Source of the DNA: Squatina squatina
Lineage: Eukaryota
Length of the DNA: 37,883 nt
Direction: 5' to 3'
NCBI GenBank assembly: GCA_031763465.1
Contig: JARFOE010000046.1
Coordinates: 10,589,084-10,626,966 of the forward strand
The translations under genes were made by a program, and so were the position numbers. This document shows, one piece after another, positions 1 to 13,664 of the stretch (position 1 is the stretch's first letter; every line of letters begins with the position of its first letter). The notes under the pieces are model-generated. The model worked only from the letters and a program-made list of their open reading frames with translations. It ran no database searches and had not been told where the DNA came from.

Positions 1-829
1 GTTTCTCTTTCCAGTGAACAATGAGGTCATTGTTTTAAACAGTAGCACAATACACAGATAGAAAAACAAATGAATGAATAACAGTTGTTGGAAACATTTA
101 AACCTTGTAGCCTAGCGCGTCCTATGAAGTACCAGAGTGCTGTGCAATGGGAACATTTCTCTGAGCCATCAGCTTAATTTTGCTATCAGTATGTAATCTT
201 ATAATACAGTCTCTCGCTATATAAATATCTACAGGCACTGCAATATTGTTAAATATTGATATATTTTAAATATTGATATATCAGTCAGTAACACGTATCA
301 TCAAATTGATTCTTAGTGATTTTATGTTAATATTTTGAGACAGGGTGTGAATAATTCAGTAATACTTCACAACTACAAGATGAAACCTAGGTTGAACTGA
401 AAATCCATCATTCAGATTGAAAAGAGTAGGAAAGAATATGAGGTAAATCAAGATGTGATTTGGTATCACCAGACCAGGGTTTTAAACAGTGTAGGGGCAT
501 GTTTTGGGGTTTCTTCTTCCATTAACAAATGCGCTACACGTTACTTCTGTTGTAATGCCAGGTGAAACATGAATAACTGCGATCTGTGTTATGAGCCATA
601 ACAGGAAAGGCAAAGCTTTCTTCCCAATTTATTTTAAAATTAAAAATTTTACAATGATTTGGCACTCCAAGGTGCTGATTCCAGCTACAATTTAAAATGG
701 ATTTATGGCCTTGTAGTAGTGGCATATCCATCTCATTGCTGGTGGTCCATTAGGTATGCATGAATGAGGTGTGTGTGTATAATTCCTGCACAAATCTGGG
801 AAGCTGATTATTGGGATTATTTAAAAAGG

Positions 830-1245
830 AAGAAAGACTTACATTTATATAGCGACTTTCACAATCTCAGGTTGTCCCAAAGCACTTTAGAGCCAATTTT
901 TAAAGATATTGTTGTAATGTGGGAAACATGACAGCCAATTTGCGCACAGCAAGCTCCCACAAACAGCACCGTGATAATGACCAGATGAACCGCTTTAGTT
1001 ACTTGATTGAGGGATAGATATTGGCCAAGACACTGGGGATGACTCCCCCTGCTTTTTTTCAAAAATAGTGCCATGGGATCTCTCACATCCATCTGAGAGA
1101 GCAGGCAGGGCCTTGGTTTAACGTCGCACCCAAAAGACAGCACCTCCGACAGCACTACAGTATCAGCCTAGATTTCCCTGTAGTGAGACTTGAACCAGCA
1201 ACCTTCTGATCCAAGAGTTAAGTGTGCAACCCACTGACCCACAGC
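830..1245 (-). mobile_element. SacSINE1-like DeuSINE, near full length with internal deletions
   Basis: The minus strand gives a tRNA-like head (GGTCAGTGG A-box-like, GGTTCAAGTC B-box), a Deu-domain-like core (GTTAAACC..GGCCC..GATCCCATGGCACTATTT..TGGCCAATAT..TGTGGGAGCTTGCTGTGCGCAAATTGGCTG) and an L2-type tail (GCTATATAAATGTAAGTCTTTCTT). It matches the recalled SacSINE1 consensus and other copies in this window. Confidence 0.85.
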
Positions 1246-1490
1246 ACCTTTACAGCAACAAATGTTGAACATAAATGGCTCACCTTCTGCAGAGTCAACA
1301 GTAGCAAAGATCCACTTTTGGCCTCACTCTCTCAGGACCCAGGCTGTGACGTAAAAGGTCCTGAAGACTAGCAGCTGTTGACCAGATAAGATTTTCTTTT
1401 TCCAGGCTCTTGAGCTTTAATAGGTTGGCCAACCTTATGCTAAATGAACAGCTAAGACTTAACACATGTACCTAGGAACATGAGACGGGT

Positions 1491-1684
1491 AAGTGGAGCA
1501 CTGGGTTTACATAGTGCTCTTTCGCCATTGGGACTCGAGTTTAAATCCGGTCCAGACTTGATAGAACAAAGCTCCCAATATTTCTGAAAAAGTGGGCTTT
1601 GCCCAGCCTCAACACAATGGGCAGTAATCCATATTACCTGTATTGTGATGACAATTGCCATTCTCTTTCAAGGAGGCAAGGGAA
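1491..1684 (+). mobile_element. Old tRNA-derived SINE fragment, LF-SINE-like
   Basis: CTCTTTCGCCATTGGGACTCGAGTTTAAATCCGGTCCAGAC resembles a decayed tRNA head (B box) like the recalled LF-SINE head. TGACAATTGCCA..GAGGCAAGG resembles the LF-SINE body. The element ends at a gap. Confidence 0.4.
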
Positions 1685-2679
1685 ANNNNNNNNNNNNNNN
1701 NNNNNNNNNNNNNNNNNNNNNNNNNNNNNNNNNNNNNNNNNNNNNNNNNNNNNNNNNNNNNNNNNNNNNNNNNNNNNNNNNNNNNATAATGATGTAATTT
1801 CCAGGTTTTATTTTCGTTGAGATGGCATGACAATTGAGAACAGACGATACTGTAAGGAAAATAACATAATATCACTGAAAATAGTCTGTGATCAGCACAT
1901 TGATATAGGCACCATTTCAAGTCAACAATTTTATTTAACTTTTATCATCTGAATTACTTACCTAACATGTAATATAAACAGGCTATATGATGAGGTATGC
2001 AACAGGATTTACATCACACTCTTGGCAATGTCTATAGTTCATTCATGACTTAAGCCACTCCTGATCCATTAGATCAGCCCACTCACGGGATACAGTTTAT
2101 TTCCCAGGGCTCCTCATCATATATCCCCCATGCACTCGTGAACATAAATATAACCTTTCCAGAAAAGAAAGTGCAACTTCAATGGATACGGAGCTATTCA
2201 AATGGAATGCTTGATAACTTATGTTTAAAATGGTTGATTTTTTTTTTCAATCACGATGCTGCACGCAATCAGCCTGATAGTCATTCTGTGGTTGTACTGC
2301 ACAAGCCAGCAGGTATTTTAAAATGAGCCCACTCACACTAGTTTACTTCGGTCAGCTCTGTGGGTAGCATGTGGGTTTGTGGTGGAGTTTTGGGAGAAAA
2401 TAGAAAGGGTCATCTCGCTTCACTGAGTTCTTAGGCGTACATTTGCAAAGTTAAAGAAAATCTGCCCTTTGAAAAGATTTACGCCCTCCCCATTTTTCTT
2501 GGAGTGTGACTGTGATAGCACCTTATCCTTGAGGGTGTTGTGCCAATGAAACTTTGTCCTGAAACATGCATTTTGTAAAGACACAGGTGCAACTGTAAAT
2601 TGGCTGAACCGCACCAATTTTTTTCTTGAATGAATTTCATAATTATTGCCCATTAATAAAAGATCATGAGGAACAAACC

Positions 2680-2779
2680 ATGACATATTGTTATTTCCGG
2701 ATACAAGACTCCCGAAACAAGCTCTTTATTCCGAACTCCGCCATGGGAAACGCCTCAGAGGAGGACAGGAGAAACGCTA
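2680..2779 (+). mobile_element. RTE-clade LINE fragment (C-terminal ORF region)
   Basis: The translation PDTRLPKQALYSELRHGKRLRGGQEKR matches the RTE/BovB C-terminal motif RLPK..LY.EL..GKR..GGQ.KR. It is truncated by a gap. Confidence 0.75.
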
Positions 2780-2879
2780 NNNNNNNNNNNNNNNNNNNNN
2801 NNNNNNNNNNNNNNNNNNNNNNNNNNNNNNNNNNNNNNNNNNNNNNNNNNNNNNNNNNNNNNNNNNNNNNNNNNNNNNN

Positions 2880-3232
2880 TCATCCTAACACTCCATGTAG
2901 GGCAATTTCTGGGGTGTTAGGCTGAAGAAATTGGAGCAGTGAGCAAATTTCTGGCTCTCCTGCTCCACCCTTTGTGCAAGACTCACCCTAACCCCCAGCC
3001 CACAACTTGCTGGTGAGGCTTCCTTTGGTGCCAGCTAGCATCCGCCATCTGCCCAAATCTCTGCTCCCAGCTGCCGGCTAGCTGCTACTTTCCGCCCATT
3101 TTGGATGGGCAACTAACCAACAACATGCAGATGAGGCCCAGGATATACAGGTCACAAATTTAGGTCCGTGAGTGCGTTTTACGATCGCCCCACTTACCAC
3201 CTAACCAAAACCTGGAGGTTAAAATCGACCCC
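2880..3232. mobile_element. GC-rich non-autonomous DNA-transposon (MITE-like) remnant
   Basis: GC-rich island in AT-rich DNA. It ends in AAAATCGACCCC, like the terminus at 29961-29972, and shares an internal GGCC(C)T(C/A)AT(C/T)TGCAT motif (reverse strand) with that element. Confidence 0.45.
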
Positions 3233-3903
3233 ATAATGAAAAAGAAAACTTCCGAATAATACCAAATTTGAACCATTCCCCTAAATATAGATGACATTTT
3301 ACTTAATCTGGAAGCTCATTCCTGGACATTCCTACACATTCTTACATCAAATATCAATGATTCTGGATCAGTGCCATTGGGCAGCACATGGATAGCATTG
3401 CAGACTGGTTGAGATACTTCAGTACTAATCTAACATTAACATAAACATTTACTCACCATGAATAAATACCCTTTGATTTATGTTAATTGAGTTGCTATAT
3501 ATCATCTCTGATATCTTTGAATACTTTCTATTCACATTGAAGAGAAATAAACACAGCAGAAACAGATTAGTTCATTGCAGGGAGCAATCACTCCAGCCCT
3601 TCGTACTGGAAAGATATTAGCCATAATTATTTATTTTTATTTTCACTGCGCTTTTATTGTGTATTTTCTCTTCAATATTATCTGTCATTTTTATTTCTAT
3701 GTGATACGACTTTTCAAGTTTGGGCTGTGGAAAATGCCACTTTGGACTCTCACTGAGTGCAATGAAACTCAAGATCAAGAAATGCATAAATTTAATTTGG
3801 TCANNNNNNNNNNNNNNNNNNNNNNNNNNNNNNNNNNNNNNNNNNNNNNNNNNNNNNNNNNNNNNNNNNNNNNNNNNNNNNNNNNNNNNNNNNNNNNNNN
3901 NNN

Positions 3904-4274
3904 GGGTTGAAAGATTCTTGTAGGGACAGGAGAAGCATTCATAGCCCCACAAAAATCAGTTTAAAATCTTTAACTTACCTGTTTAAGAGCAACATTCAGC
4001 AGTCCCTTTAAGAACTGTCGGTTAAGCTACTCAACCCAAGCAACAATGGGCGGAGCACGCGTAGCGCTTGGTATTTGAAAATTGCATCGGAGTCCTAATG
4101 ATGCCATACAACCCTGGCTTTCACGGGTTAATGAGGCGCCCGCCTACTTGTGGTGGGCACCTGAGCTGCCCGTATATCCTGATGCCACCAAAATGTGGTG
4201 CTCTGGATGTTAGCAGGAGAGGGGCGGTATGTGCGGCGCTCCCATTTTCTTGAGCTACCACCTGAATCCAGCCC
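3904..4274. mobile_element. GC-rich MITE-like remnant
   Basis: CpG-containing island with ends GGGTTGAAA...GAATCCAGCCC (imperfect terminal inverted repeat). The internal AACTTACCT and CCCTTTAAG motifs resemble those in the 18990-19716 element. Confidence 0.4.
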
Positions 4275-5602
4275 AAAAATAGGTGTGTAAAATAAGCGGG
4301 TGCCTGACAAGCCCAAGAGCCCAAGAGCCCATGATATCCAGTCTCCACTTGTCTAAGCTAATTCCAGCAGAACCATCTTTACCAAGCGCAATATCTACCA
4401 CACCATATTCCAATGCCTTTCCCTCCCATTGGTGAATGCATTGGATTTTCACTGCAAAGCTTTATGCAGTGGCTGTACACTGGAAGACTATAATTCATCA
4501 GGTTCAGCCCTTAGACTGGCAGCATGGTTTTTACTTATCTTCCTTTATAAAGAGGAAATTGATACTATTTTAATGGTGTGACCAAAGTGTTTTTTTCTCT
4601 TCCTTTTCATTTACATCTGCATTTGAATTTGTCTTTGTTGGAGACATATGGGCATATGTTTAAACAGTTCAGAAATATTTTTACATCACTGAAGTCTATG
4701 CATCCCTGCCATATTCTAAAACATTTTTCAACATGGTACATTGGAAGTACAATGCATCCCTGAGGAAACATTTATTTTCGCTGTTTCTGCTCTTTTCACC
4801 AGACCAGCAGCCAAGCAAAAAGCCCTGTTAAGATGCAAGCAGAGTATTTAGACAACTGCGACTAAAGTTAGGTTGGATGTATCTTTGAACACATAATGAG
4901 AATTGAAAGCTTGAAGATATTANNNNNNNNNNATGCTGAGGTATTTTCTTAGCTGCTGGTTATGCATAAATAGAAAGGAACTTCCAATTACACTTAACAG
5001 TTTCCCCTTATCCTTCCTTATATGTTCCATTCCACAAAGGAAGTAGATTAACAGAAACTCAAACAGAGATGTTACGGAATATGATGGAACACAAGGGAAC
5101 ATTTCAAAATATAGTTCAAAATTGCTTTAACATATTTGTTCGAAGAGCTAACTCTGAGGCTATATTGCAGTGAAAATATGGATTTCTGATGCAACAGATG
5201 CCTATATTTTATTAAATGCATCCTCAAGAACAGAAAGTACTGTGAAGCAACATTTTCATATCCCTTTTTAACATGTATGCTTCATACAATCATTGCAGAT
5301 GTTTCCAGAACAAATCACAGAATCAGAAAACACGTGAAATCAGCTAATAATATTACAAAAATGAATACTGACTTACAATGAAAATTGCAAAATGTGCTCG
5401 AATCCCTTTGCAACTTAACAAGATAGCAGCTAAAACTAAATACCTATCCTAGCAAAGGTTATGTCCCTAATGCCACAGATACACTGGTGAGTTATAAAGT
5501 ACNNNNNNNNNNNNNNNNNNNNNNNNNNNNNNNNNNNNNNNNNNNNNNNNNNNNNNNNNNNNNNNNNNNNNNNNNNNNNNNNNNNNNNNNNNNNNNNNNN
5601 NN

Positions 5603-5642
5603 GTATTGTGTGCAGGTTTGGTCTCCTAATCTGAGAAAATAC
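5603..5642 (+). mobile_element. CR1 LINE ORF2 fragment
   Basis: Translates YCVQVWSPNLRK, matching the CR1 motif EYCVQFWSP.LRKD. It is adjacent to a gap. Confidence 0.65.
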
Positions 5643-6537
5643 ATTTTTGTTGTTTTTCCCCCGCAATTTTAAAATGAAAAGCTGTGTAGTGACTTCTGCA
5701 ATATGAATCCAATCAGTCTGAGTAGTGCATGATTTACTTTTTTATAGATTTGAATCTAGAAAGTTGAAACATTTAAAATAAACCACGTTCATATCTAACT
5801 GGCTATAATATGATGTCTCCAAATCTTAGCTGGTAATTGATACAGACATTTCAGACCAGGGATTGTGGCGACAACAGTGACTGTATGACGGGCAACTGTC
5901 CAAAGTAAACAGTAGAATGCCAACAGCACTTTGTATCACAGTTGGACCCTATAGGAATAACTGAGTCACCGGATCTCTGCAAGACCAATTATACTGGCAT
6001 CCAGCAGATGGAATGTGTGTCCAGTGACTTCAGTTGAGCTCCATTCTGATAATTCTACCAGTTTATTTTTTGCGTTACTAACAGCGGCATGCAACGAAAA
6101 TATTGAAATGTATCCAGGGAACTGAGCTTGGTTTAGGGCATAAATATTAATTAAACATCTGTCAACTCCCTGCCTTGAACCATTGATTGTATCGGCAGTG
6201 AGGATCATATTCAGTTTTGTGTGTTTGTGTATATATCTAATAATCAGTTACTTTAAATCATCAGATGACCACAGCGTATTGTTCTTAAACTGGCCATTGT
6301 CTTATGGTTACCAAAATAAATGATTTCTGAAAACAATTATATTTAATATCTCTGGTTAGCAATCAGTCTAGCTGCAAGGAATCCGGATGTAATTCCTCAA
6401 AATTTCAGAAACTTTGGACAGATTTTTAACAGGAAAGAAAATGTTAACGTATCATCAGAAGTGACACTCGCTGCATTTTTCAGGTTGTGCAAATAGATAA
6501 TATTCAAAAGGATCAGATTTTGAAGTGTCACAATGCA

Positions 6538-6602
6538 AACAACAACAACAATTTGCCTTTGTATGGCACCTTTAATGTAGTAAAGCATCCCAAGGCGCTT
6601 TA
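6538..6602 (-). mobile_element. L2-type 3' tail
   Basis: The reverse strand reads AAGCGCCTTGGGATGCTTTACTACATTAAAGGTGCCATACAAAGGCAAATTGTTGTTGTT, close to the L2 tail at 29185-29245. Confidence 0.7.
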
Positions 6603-6604
6603 CT

Positions 6605-6840
6605 CCATCAAGTCTGTGCTAGTGATTTCTTCAGATGAACCATTTTATTTAATCCTACTCCCCTAATCTTTAATATTCTTCTTTTTCAAACTATTTTGTC
6701 CCCTTTTAAAATAATTTATTGATTCTATTTCAGCAACAGTTCACAGCAGAAAATTCCACATTCTAACTAACTGTGTAAACAATTGTTTTCTAAACTCCTT
6801 TTTAATTTTTTTCCCTGTCATTTTTAAAATTTGAAATGGT
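6605..6840 (-). mobile_element. Old CR1 LINE 3' fragment
   Basis: The minus-strand translation KKEFRKQLFTQLVRMWNFL matches the CR1 C-terminal motif RK.FFTQRVV..WNSL. Confidence 0.6.
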
Positions 6841-8527
6841 TGTGCTGTTGACCTCAATCGGTGGAGGGTGGTTACTGGCTGGGAAGTGTCATTGAGTCCA
6901 GTATGTGGGAAAACTGAATTAACCTGCGCAGAGAAAATCTGGAAACATCCAAAGGAGACGAGTACTGTTTTTGGATCTGTGTTTGTTTCCATTATTTCTT
7001 TCAGCCAGTTTCCCCAATTATATTGCCATTTGATGTTTAAACAACAAAATATCATGGTACTTTTGAAAACAGGAATCATTCTTTCTGACTTTGCTTAAAT
7101 GGTGCTATCAGTGAGATTACCTCTTAATGTAAACAGCAAACTGAANNNNNNNNNNNNNNNNNNNNNNNNNNNNNNNNNNNNNNNNNNNNNNNNNNNNNNN
7201 NNNNNNNNNNNNNNNNNNNNNNNNNNNNNNNNNNNNNNNNNNNNNCTGCTGACGAAACTTCATTGAAAAGGTTACTAGCTAATCCACAGCATCAGACACA
7301 AAAGTAAATGGGCAAAAACAAACTTTCCTTGATGTCAAGTATGTATTTTAGCAATTTGCAGCAATTCCATTCCAAAACCCAGACTGTCACGATAGACCAA
7401 AAATCAGACTGGTGGAAATCCTAAACTAATCATTGGAAACACAGGTCTATCCAAGAAATGATCTAATTACTCAGCATTCCCTGCAAATGAAAGGAGACCT
7501 GTAGCAATGGGGCCAAGTTGAAGTTTGGAGTCTGCAAAATCTAGCAAAACACGATGAAATTTATGGTGATTATACTTGTAGTATCTAAAACAGTGTTCAA
7601 TATAAATAAAGGAAGATTATCTTGTCTTAACCAATTCCACGGAGAATTAAGATGCAGAAACAGCATTGGTCCTCCTGACTAAAGTCTGCATTTCCCCGTG
7701 GATTTGCTTCTTTCGATCGACATGGAAGCCATGAGCTGTATCTTTGCTCAAGCAGGAAGTCACACCTGCTGTTTCTGTCTGCTACAGCTGACATAGGGGT
7801 CTTCTGCTCCTGCTGGTATGAGCTACTCGTGTTCACAACTCAGTCTAAGCTGTTTAATAAGAAACAGCTGCAACCCCATTAATGCCAATAACAAAGTTCA
7901 CACGTTTTAACTCTAAACATTTCCAAGAATAATGCCAACAGTTTTAATGCAAGGTTAATAATTTGGAATAAGTTATGTGGAAGTACTGAATGACTCCAAA
8001 ACCCAGAAATGACATTACTACTGGAAAAACTATTTCATAATATAAACTGTTTCATCCTGTACTACTGTATTACTGTTTTATAGCTACTCAGCAACATTAA
8101 ATTCAACTCCTCCCTCATCTCCAAGTCACTCTCCATATTGCTAATGCACGATAAGCTTTTGCTGGGATGAACTGCATGGAAATTTATAGACTGTAGGCAA
8201 GGTGAGGGAGTTGAACTATAACTGATCCATGAACTGGGAGAAGTGAGTGGGGAGTGTGAGAATGATTTGAGGTGGCAACAAAACAATGAAAGATTACTAA
8301 GCTAGTTCTACATAAAAGTTACATGGAGAGTAGAGGACGTACAGAGAGACGTCAATACATGTTGCAGAACTTCTTATAGCTGGTAACTGTTAATAGGCCC
8401 TTTTGAGATATGTCTGCATTATTTCAATCAGCATTAATAATATGGAACATGAGGTGAATGGGGAATTTAGTCGTACTGAGCAGTCTTGATGCCATTACTC
8501 CTTTTGTTGGATCTGTTTGCAGCGAGA

Positions 8528-8815
8528 ACTTGCATTTAGTTGGTGCTCCTTAAACTAAGAGAATTCCTTGGAGACCTTGAAAAGAAGAACAATCGGGGCT
8601 TTGAGCAGAAGTGAAGCAATTTGGAGAGGGGAGAGAGACTGAAGGCAAGAGATTTCTTTTTAGGAGGCTTTTAAAGGCAGAGAGGGAAGTTGTTATCAAG
8701 AGAGATTTAGGGAAGGAGTCCCAGAGTGTGGGGTTGAGGTATCTGAAGGCACCATAGCAATGGTGGAGAGAATGGGATGCACAGGAGGCCAAAACCAGAG
8801 AACCAATGGACATAG
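8528..8815 (-). mobile_element. Old L2 LINE 3' end
   Basis: The minus-strand translation GAFRYLNPTLWDSFPKSLLITTSLSAFKSLLKRNL matches the L2 C-terminal motif RAFS..AP.LWNSLP..LR...SL..FK..LKT.LF. It ends with an ..AAATGCAAGT tail. Confidence 0.75.
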
Positions 8816-10357
8816 GCCACCAGGTGCGGTTGGGTTATGGTCTGTTTTAGTAAAGTAATATAATTCTTTGTGATGTTCATATCACTGCAGATAAAAAAAT
8901 TAAGTGCTTAGTTTGCTTTTGTTGATTTAACAACAAATTTGGTGTCCTGTGAGACGACATTAGTTGCGATCTAAGATCACGTAGCGAGAAGGCTGTCATC
9001 ATCCACCCCAAGATTTAAGTAAGAATTAGATGTAATTATAAATGTTAAATCTGAGGAGAGTTACTCGGTTGATTACAGATTGACTGTGGTATGGATATAG
9101 TGAACCTTGTCCCCCAACCCCCGCCACTAAGATACACAGCGATACCTGCATTCAACCATCATGAAGTCATCTCTAAAACTGTTTAATGGAGATGATATAC
9201 TGACAAGTGGTGTAACGGCAGGAGTAAACCAGAACCAAAGGGGCCACACAGACAAAGCAAGCCTCTAACCTTCATCAATTTAAAACATACGAGTGATGCT
9301 TATTGCTTGGGAAACCTGTAAGTAATGTTGATAAAATGTAATGATGAATCTTTATTCTTGCTTTTAGCATTAATGTTAATGAAATTACTTTGGAAAAAAA
9401 AGATGTGCCAAGTGCTTTTTAATACTTTTAGTTGAATATTTAAATCTTCATTGCAAAATATAGTCAGTACCTATTGCAAAATAGGCTGTCTACAGCATGA
9501 AGTACATGAAACCACTGCTCAATTTTAAGAAAACAGTGTATATTTCCAGTCTATAGCACCAAGTAAAATGAATGTACTGTATAAAGCTGTTGCAGAACAA
9601 ATTACACTTAGCATCTATGGCAGTTCCAAGATGGAGCATGCAAATAAAATGTAGCCACAGTGATAGCTATATATACACATCCTATTATATACTTATTACA
9701 AGGTTTCTTAAAATTCAAAGCTTCTACTTTAAAACTGTGACTAGTACAGTCCATTCGAGTATAAATAGGTTTTCTAAAATTGCCTTATTTCACTCCCTAT
9801 GTTGCTATTTTGTTCTATATACAAATTTCTTTTTAACCAAGATTTACCCACTTTTTCCTGATTTACATGAACTAAAACTGAAATGTAATATTTCAGTTCT
9901 CACGTGTGTGTCCTCAGGATAACTTGTGCCGTTACTGAATGTATGATGTAATCTAATCTTTGGTTTTCCAAATAGAGAGATGTAGAAGAGGCAAGCTTGT
10001 GTATATTAATTATGAAACAAATAATGATTTGAAATTTCTCATCACCACAAAGTAAGAACATACTAAATAAAGTAATGTGTGTAAATGTGAAAGTGTTTGT
10101 GTTATTTCGGTACTTCTATCTGTAAGTCGTGTATAGAATAGGTACCCCAGGAACTCTACAATTATCATTAGCTCTCAATTTTTTTCCCCTGCCCTCCCAA
10201 ACAGGACATTGATCCTATCCAGGCTGCCATGCTCGACTGCTCTCACACACCTTGTACTGATTCAACAACTACATAGTGAGACCCCTAGGGAAGCTCACCC
10301 AATAGTTTTACTTAATAAGCCACAGAGACAAGAAGGTCCGAGATTCCATCTCACTTC

Positions 10358-10694
10358 TAAGAACATAAGAAATAGGTACAAGATCATGGCTGATCTACCT
10401 CAATGCCATTTTCCTGCACTATCCCCATATCCCTCGAGGCCTTTAATATCTAGAAATCTATCAATCTCTTTTTTTGAATGTACTCAAGGACTGTGCCTCC
10501 ACAGCCCTCTGGGGTAGAGAATTACAAAGATTCAATACTCTGAGTGAAGAAATTTCTCCTCATCTCAGTCCTAAATGGCCCACCCCTTATTCTGAGACTG
10601 TGACCCCTCGTTCTAGATTCCTCAGAAACATCCTCCCTGCACCTCCCCTGTTGAGCCCTACAAGAATTTTGTGTGTTTCAATGAGATCACCTCT
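10358..10694 (-). mobile_element. CR1 LINE 3' end
   Basis: The minus-strand translation gives RGDLIETHKILVGLNR (CR1 motif). The 3' UTR carries GATCAGCCATGATC and a TTCTTATGTTCTT tail. It is truncated by a gap. Confidence 0.85.
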
Positions 10695-13643
10695 NNNNNN
10701 NNNNNNNNNNNNNNNNNNNNNNNNNNNNNNNNNNNNNNNNNNNNNNNNNNNNNNNNNNNNNNNNNNNNNNNNNNNNNNNNNNNNNNNNNNNNNNGAGCAC
10801 ATGGATGTAAGTATTCCTGAACTTCCAGTTCTCGTAAGATATGCATCCCTTCCAAGTCAGTGAGATAATTGTTTTTTCAAATTGGTAACATTTTGAAATC
10901 GGACTAGTGATATATCCACCCCCAAGGACAACAGACCTGAATCTGACCAGGCTGAAGATTCTTCCAGTGCATTTTGTGAGACTGTAAATAGATTCGTAAA
11001 GGCAAATCAAAGAATTATTTTAGTTATTCCCCATGAGCTGCTGATAATTTGTCAGAAGCTACCACATGAAAGGGACAACAAGGCAACATTTTCATCTGTT
11101 GACTGCCCATTTCCATCCCCCAAAGGTGCAATGGACAACAGACATTACAGCAGCCTATAAAAATGCTCACTTGAGTAATGTACCATCTGGTGTTGTGGAT
11201 GATGAGTGTAAAATACTAAAATGATAACTTAAAAATCTGGTTCAACTTTTTATTGAATTGTTCAGGAAAGAAAATATACCTAGTTTCGTAAATAATTCAT
11301 TCAATTTGTTTTCAGCTCAGATTGGATTAATCTCCAGAGATATTTAAGTATACATAAATGATTCAACTAGTCAATGGTGAACTGCAAAAAGTACAATGCA
11401 GATTCTGGATCTCATCCAGGTATGATAGCTATTATACAATGATGGTTATGTTCAAAGGTCTACATGTGCAAGATTGAAATCAGATCAGAACATTGTATCT
11501 ATTTATCCACCTTTTCCTGAAACTAGGAGGGAACCTCAGTTATCACCATCACTATTAATAATTCTGCTATCATCATAAATTACTGACAAGGCATTAAAGT
11601 CCAACAACATTCCTATGGGCATACTTCAAATAACTCATCTGAAGGAGTACATACAAATTATTAAGTCGCAGCTTGATGTTTGTACTGTAATGTACAGAAT
11701 GTTAAGTGGCATTAGTTACATATGAATTTACACTGTTATGGTGGATCTCCAGGTGACATTGCCCATGGCAAGTCTGATGATTCATTGTGTAAGGTGAGGA
11801 CTACTAAACTATGTCATTCACAATATATTATTCTATAGCTAAGGTTGGAGATACTGTTTGGCTGGACCAATCGAGCTGCCATATGGCAGCAAAGTCTTCT
11901 TGGGGTACAAATACTCCAATCACACCTTCAATCAACTNNNNNNNNNNNNNNNNNNNNNNNNNNNNNNNNNNNNNNNNNNNNNNNNNNNNNNNNNNNNNNN
12001 NNNNNNNNNNNNNNNNNNNNNNNNNNNNNNNNNNNNNNNNNNNNNNNNNNNNNNNNNNNNNNNNNNNNNNNNNNNNNNNNNNNNNNNNNNNNNNNNNNNN
12101 NNNNNNNNNNNNNNNNNNNNNNNNNNNNNNNNNNNNNNNNNNNNNNNNNNNNNNNNNNNNNNNNNNNNNNNNNNNNNNNNNNNNNNNNNNNNNNNNNNNN
12201 NNNNNNNNNNNNNNNNNNNNNNNNNNNNNNNNNNNNNNNNNNNNNNNNNNNNNNNNNNNNNNNNNNNNNNNNNNNNNNNNNNNNNNNNNNNNNNNNNNNN
12301 NNNNNNNNNNNNNNNNNNNNNNNNNNNNNNNNNNNNNNNNNNNNNNNNNNNNNNNNNNNNNNNNNNNNNNNNNNNNNNNNNNNNNNNNNNNNNNNNNNNN
12401 NNNNNNNNNNNNNNNNNNNNNNNNNNNNNNNNNNNNNNNNNNNNNNNNNNNNTGTACTATTATTCATCACTATTTTATTCCCAGTTAAAATGTTATCTAA
12501 AAAATTACAATTACTTGTTTCCAAGAATAGAGTAGTGCCAGTCTGCATGGTATATTCTTCATATGCATTCACTTTTTGCACACCACTTTGCAAGTTGCTC
12601 GTGCTATTTATTATTCTGTCCGTCTTTAGCACTTTTGAATCACGTACTGTATCCCTCTTGGTAACATTGGATTTTTGCCTGTGTTTGGATTTTTAACTTG
12701 TATTTTGAATTGTTAGAAACAGCGCAAAAAGGGTTATAACCCAAGGTCACACAAAGTCAACAGGAAGGTTAGCAGCTCAATACAGACAATTTGGCTGGCA
12801 AGAGTGAAAAAAAAAGTAACTATCTTGAGTAGCACATTCACTGCCATCAGCATAGATGAATTTCTACAATCTGATTGTAGGCAGGTTGTTTATGTACAGA
12901 TCAAAAAAGGAGTGATGAGGACTGACCCCTGATGGAAGCGGATGAGTCCTTATCTCCCCAAGCTGGCGTGGTCACCCATGTATAATCTAAAATAACAGCT
13001 TTCTAGCACAAAACTTTAAACAGCCTTTATGTATTTTATCAGTGGAATGTATTTGATCACACTGCACTAAGAATCAAACTGCAAGTTATTAATAATACAT
13101 ACATTTCCTGGAGTATCTCTGATAGGTTTGCAATCAAAATGATCTTTTATTGCATCATAAAGGGAATCTTAATGTAAATTCATTAGAGATGTTTAAAAAT
13201 CTACATCCTAGGGTTGGGTTTGATTCTAATCAGGGAAAAAATATCTAGATTTGGTCAACCACTTTAATTATGCCATAACATTCCTCAGTAATGGGCAATA
13301 ACTACTTCAATAGAAAAAGATCAGCAAATGCAGCTGCATCCAAACTGTTTAAGTGCCTGGTATTTAAAGAGGTGCAATTGCTGTTTCTTGTTGCTGTGGG
13401 CAGTGCTTTCATCCAATGGTTGGGTATAATTTTTTTTTTTTTACTTTAGCTCTAAAGTGTGCCTGTGAAATCACAAGATCTGGAAGGTTCTACANNNNNN
13501 NNNNNNNNNNNNNNNNNNNNNNNNNNNNNNNNNNNNNNNNNNNNNNNNNNNNNNNNNNNNNNNNNNNNNNNNNNNNNNNNNNNNNNNNNNNNNNCACCGC
13601 CAAGATAAGCTTGCAACCCTTCCGCAGCCTACTCCCATACGTG

Positions 13644-13664
13644 TATATATATATATATATATAT
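13644..13664. repeat. (TA)n microsatellite
   Basis: A run of about 10 TA units is directly visible. Confidence 0.9.

Noticed and set aside
249-281. 17-bp tandem duplication; also small repeats at 4311-4330 and (GA)n at 32368, and a 10-bp hairpin at 37848-37871
   Set aside because: Ordinary slippage or chance-level features.
10178-10205. Strong polypyrimidine-CAG splice acceptor
   Set aside because: No convincing downstream donor or coding signal, and it lies next to decayed repeats.
12909-12957. Hairpin with GTGATGA and CTGA, resembling a C/D snoRNA or hammerhead
   Set aside because: The boxes are too close together, with no guide region and no properly placed GAAA. A single ~13-bp imperfect stem is compatible with chance.
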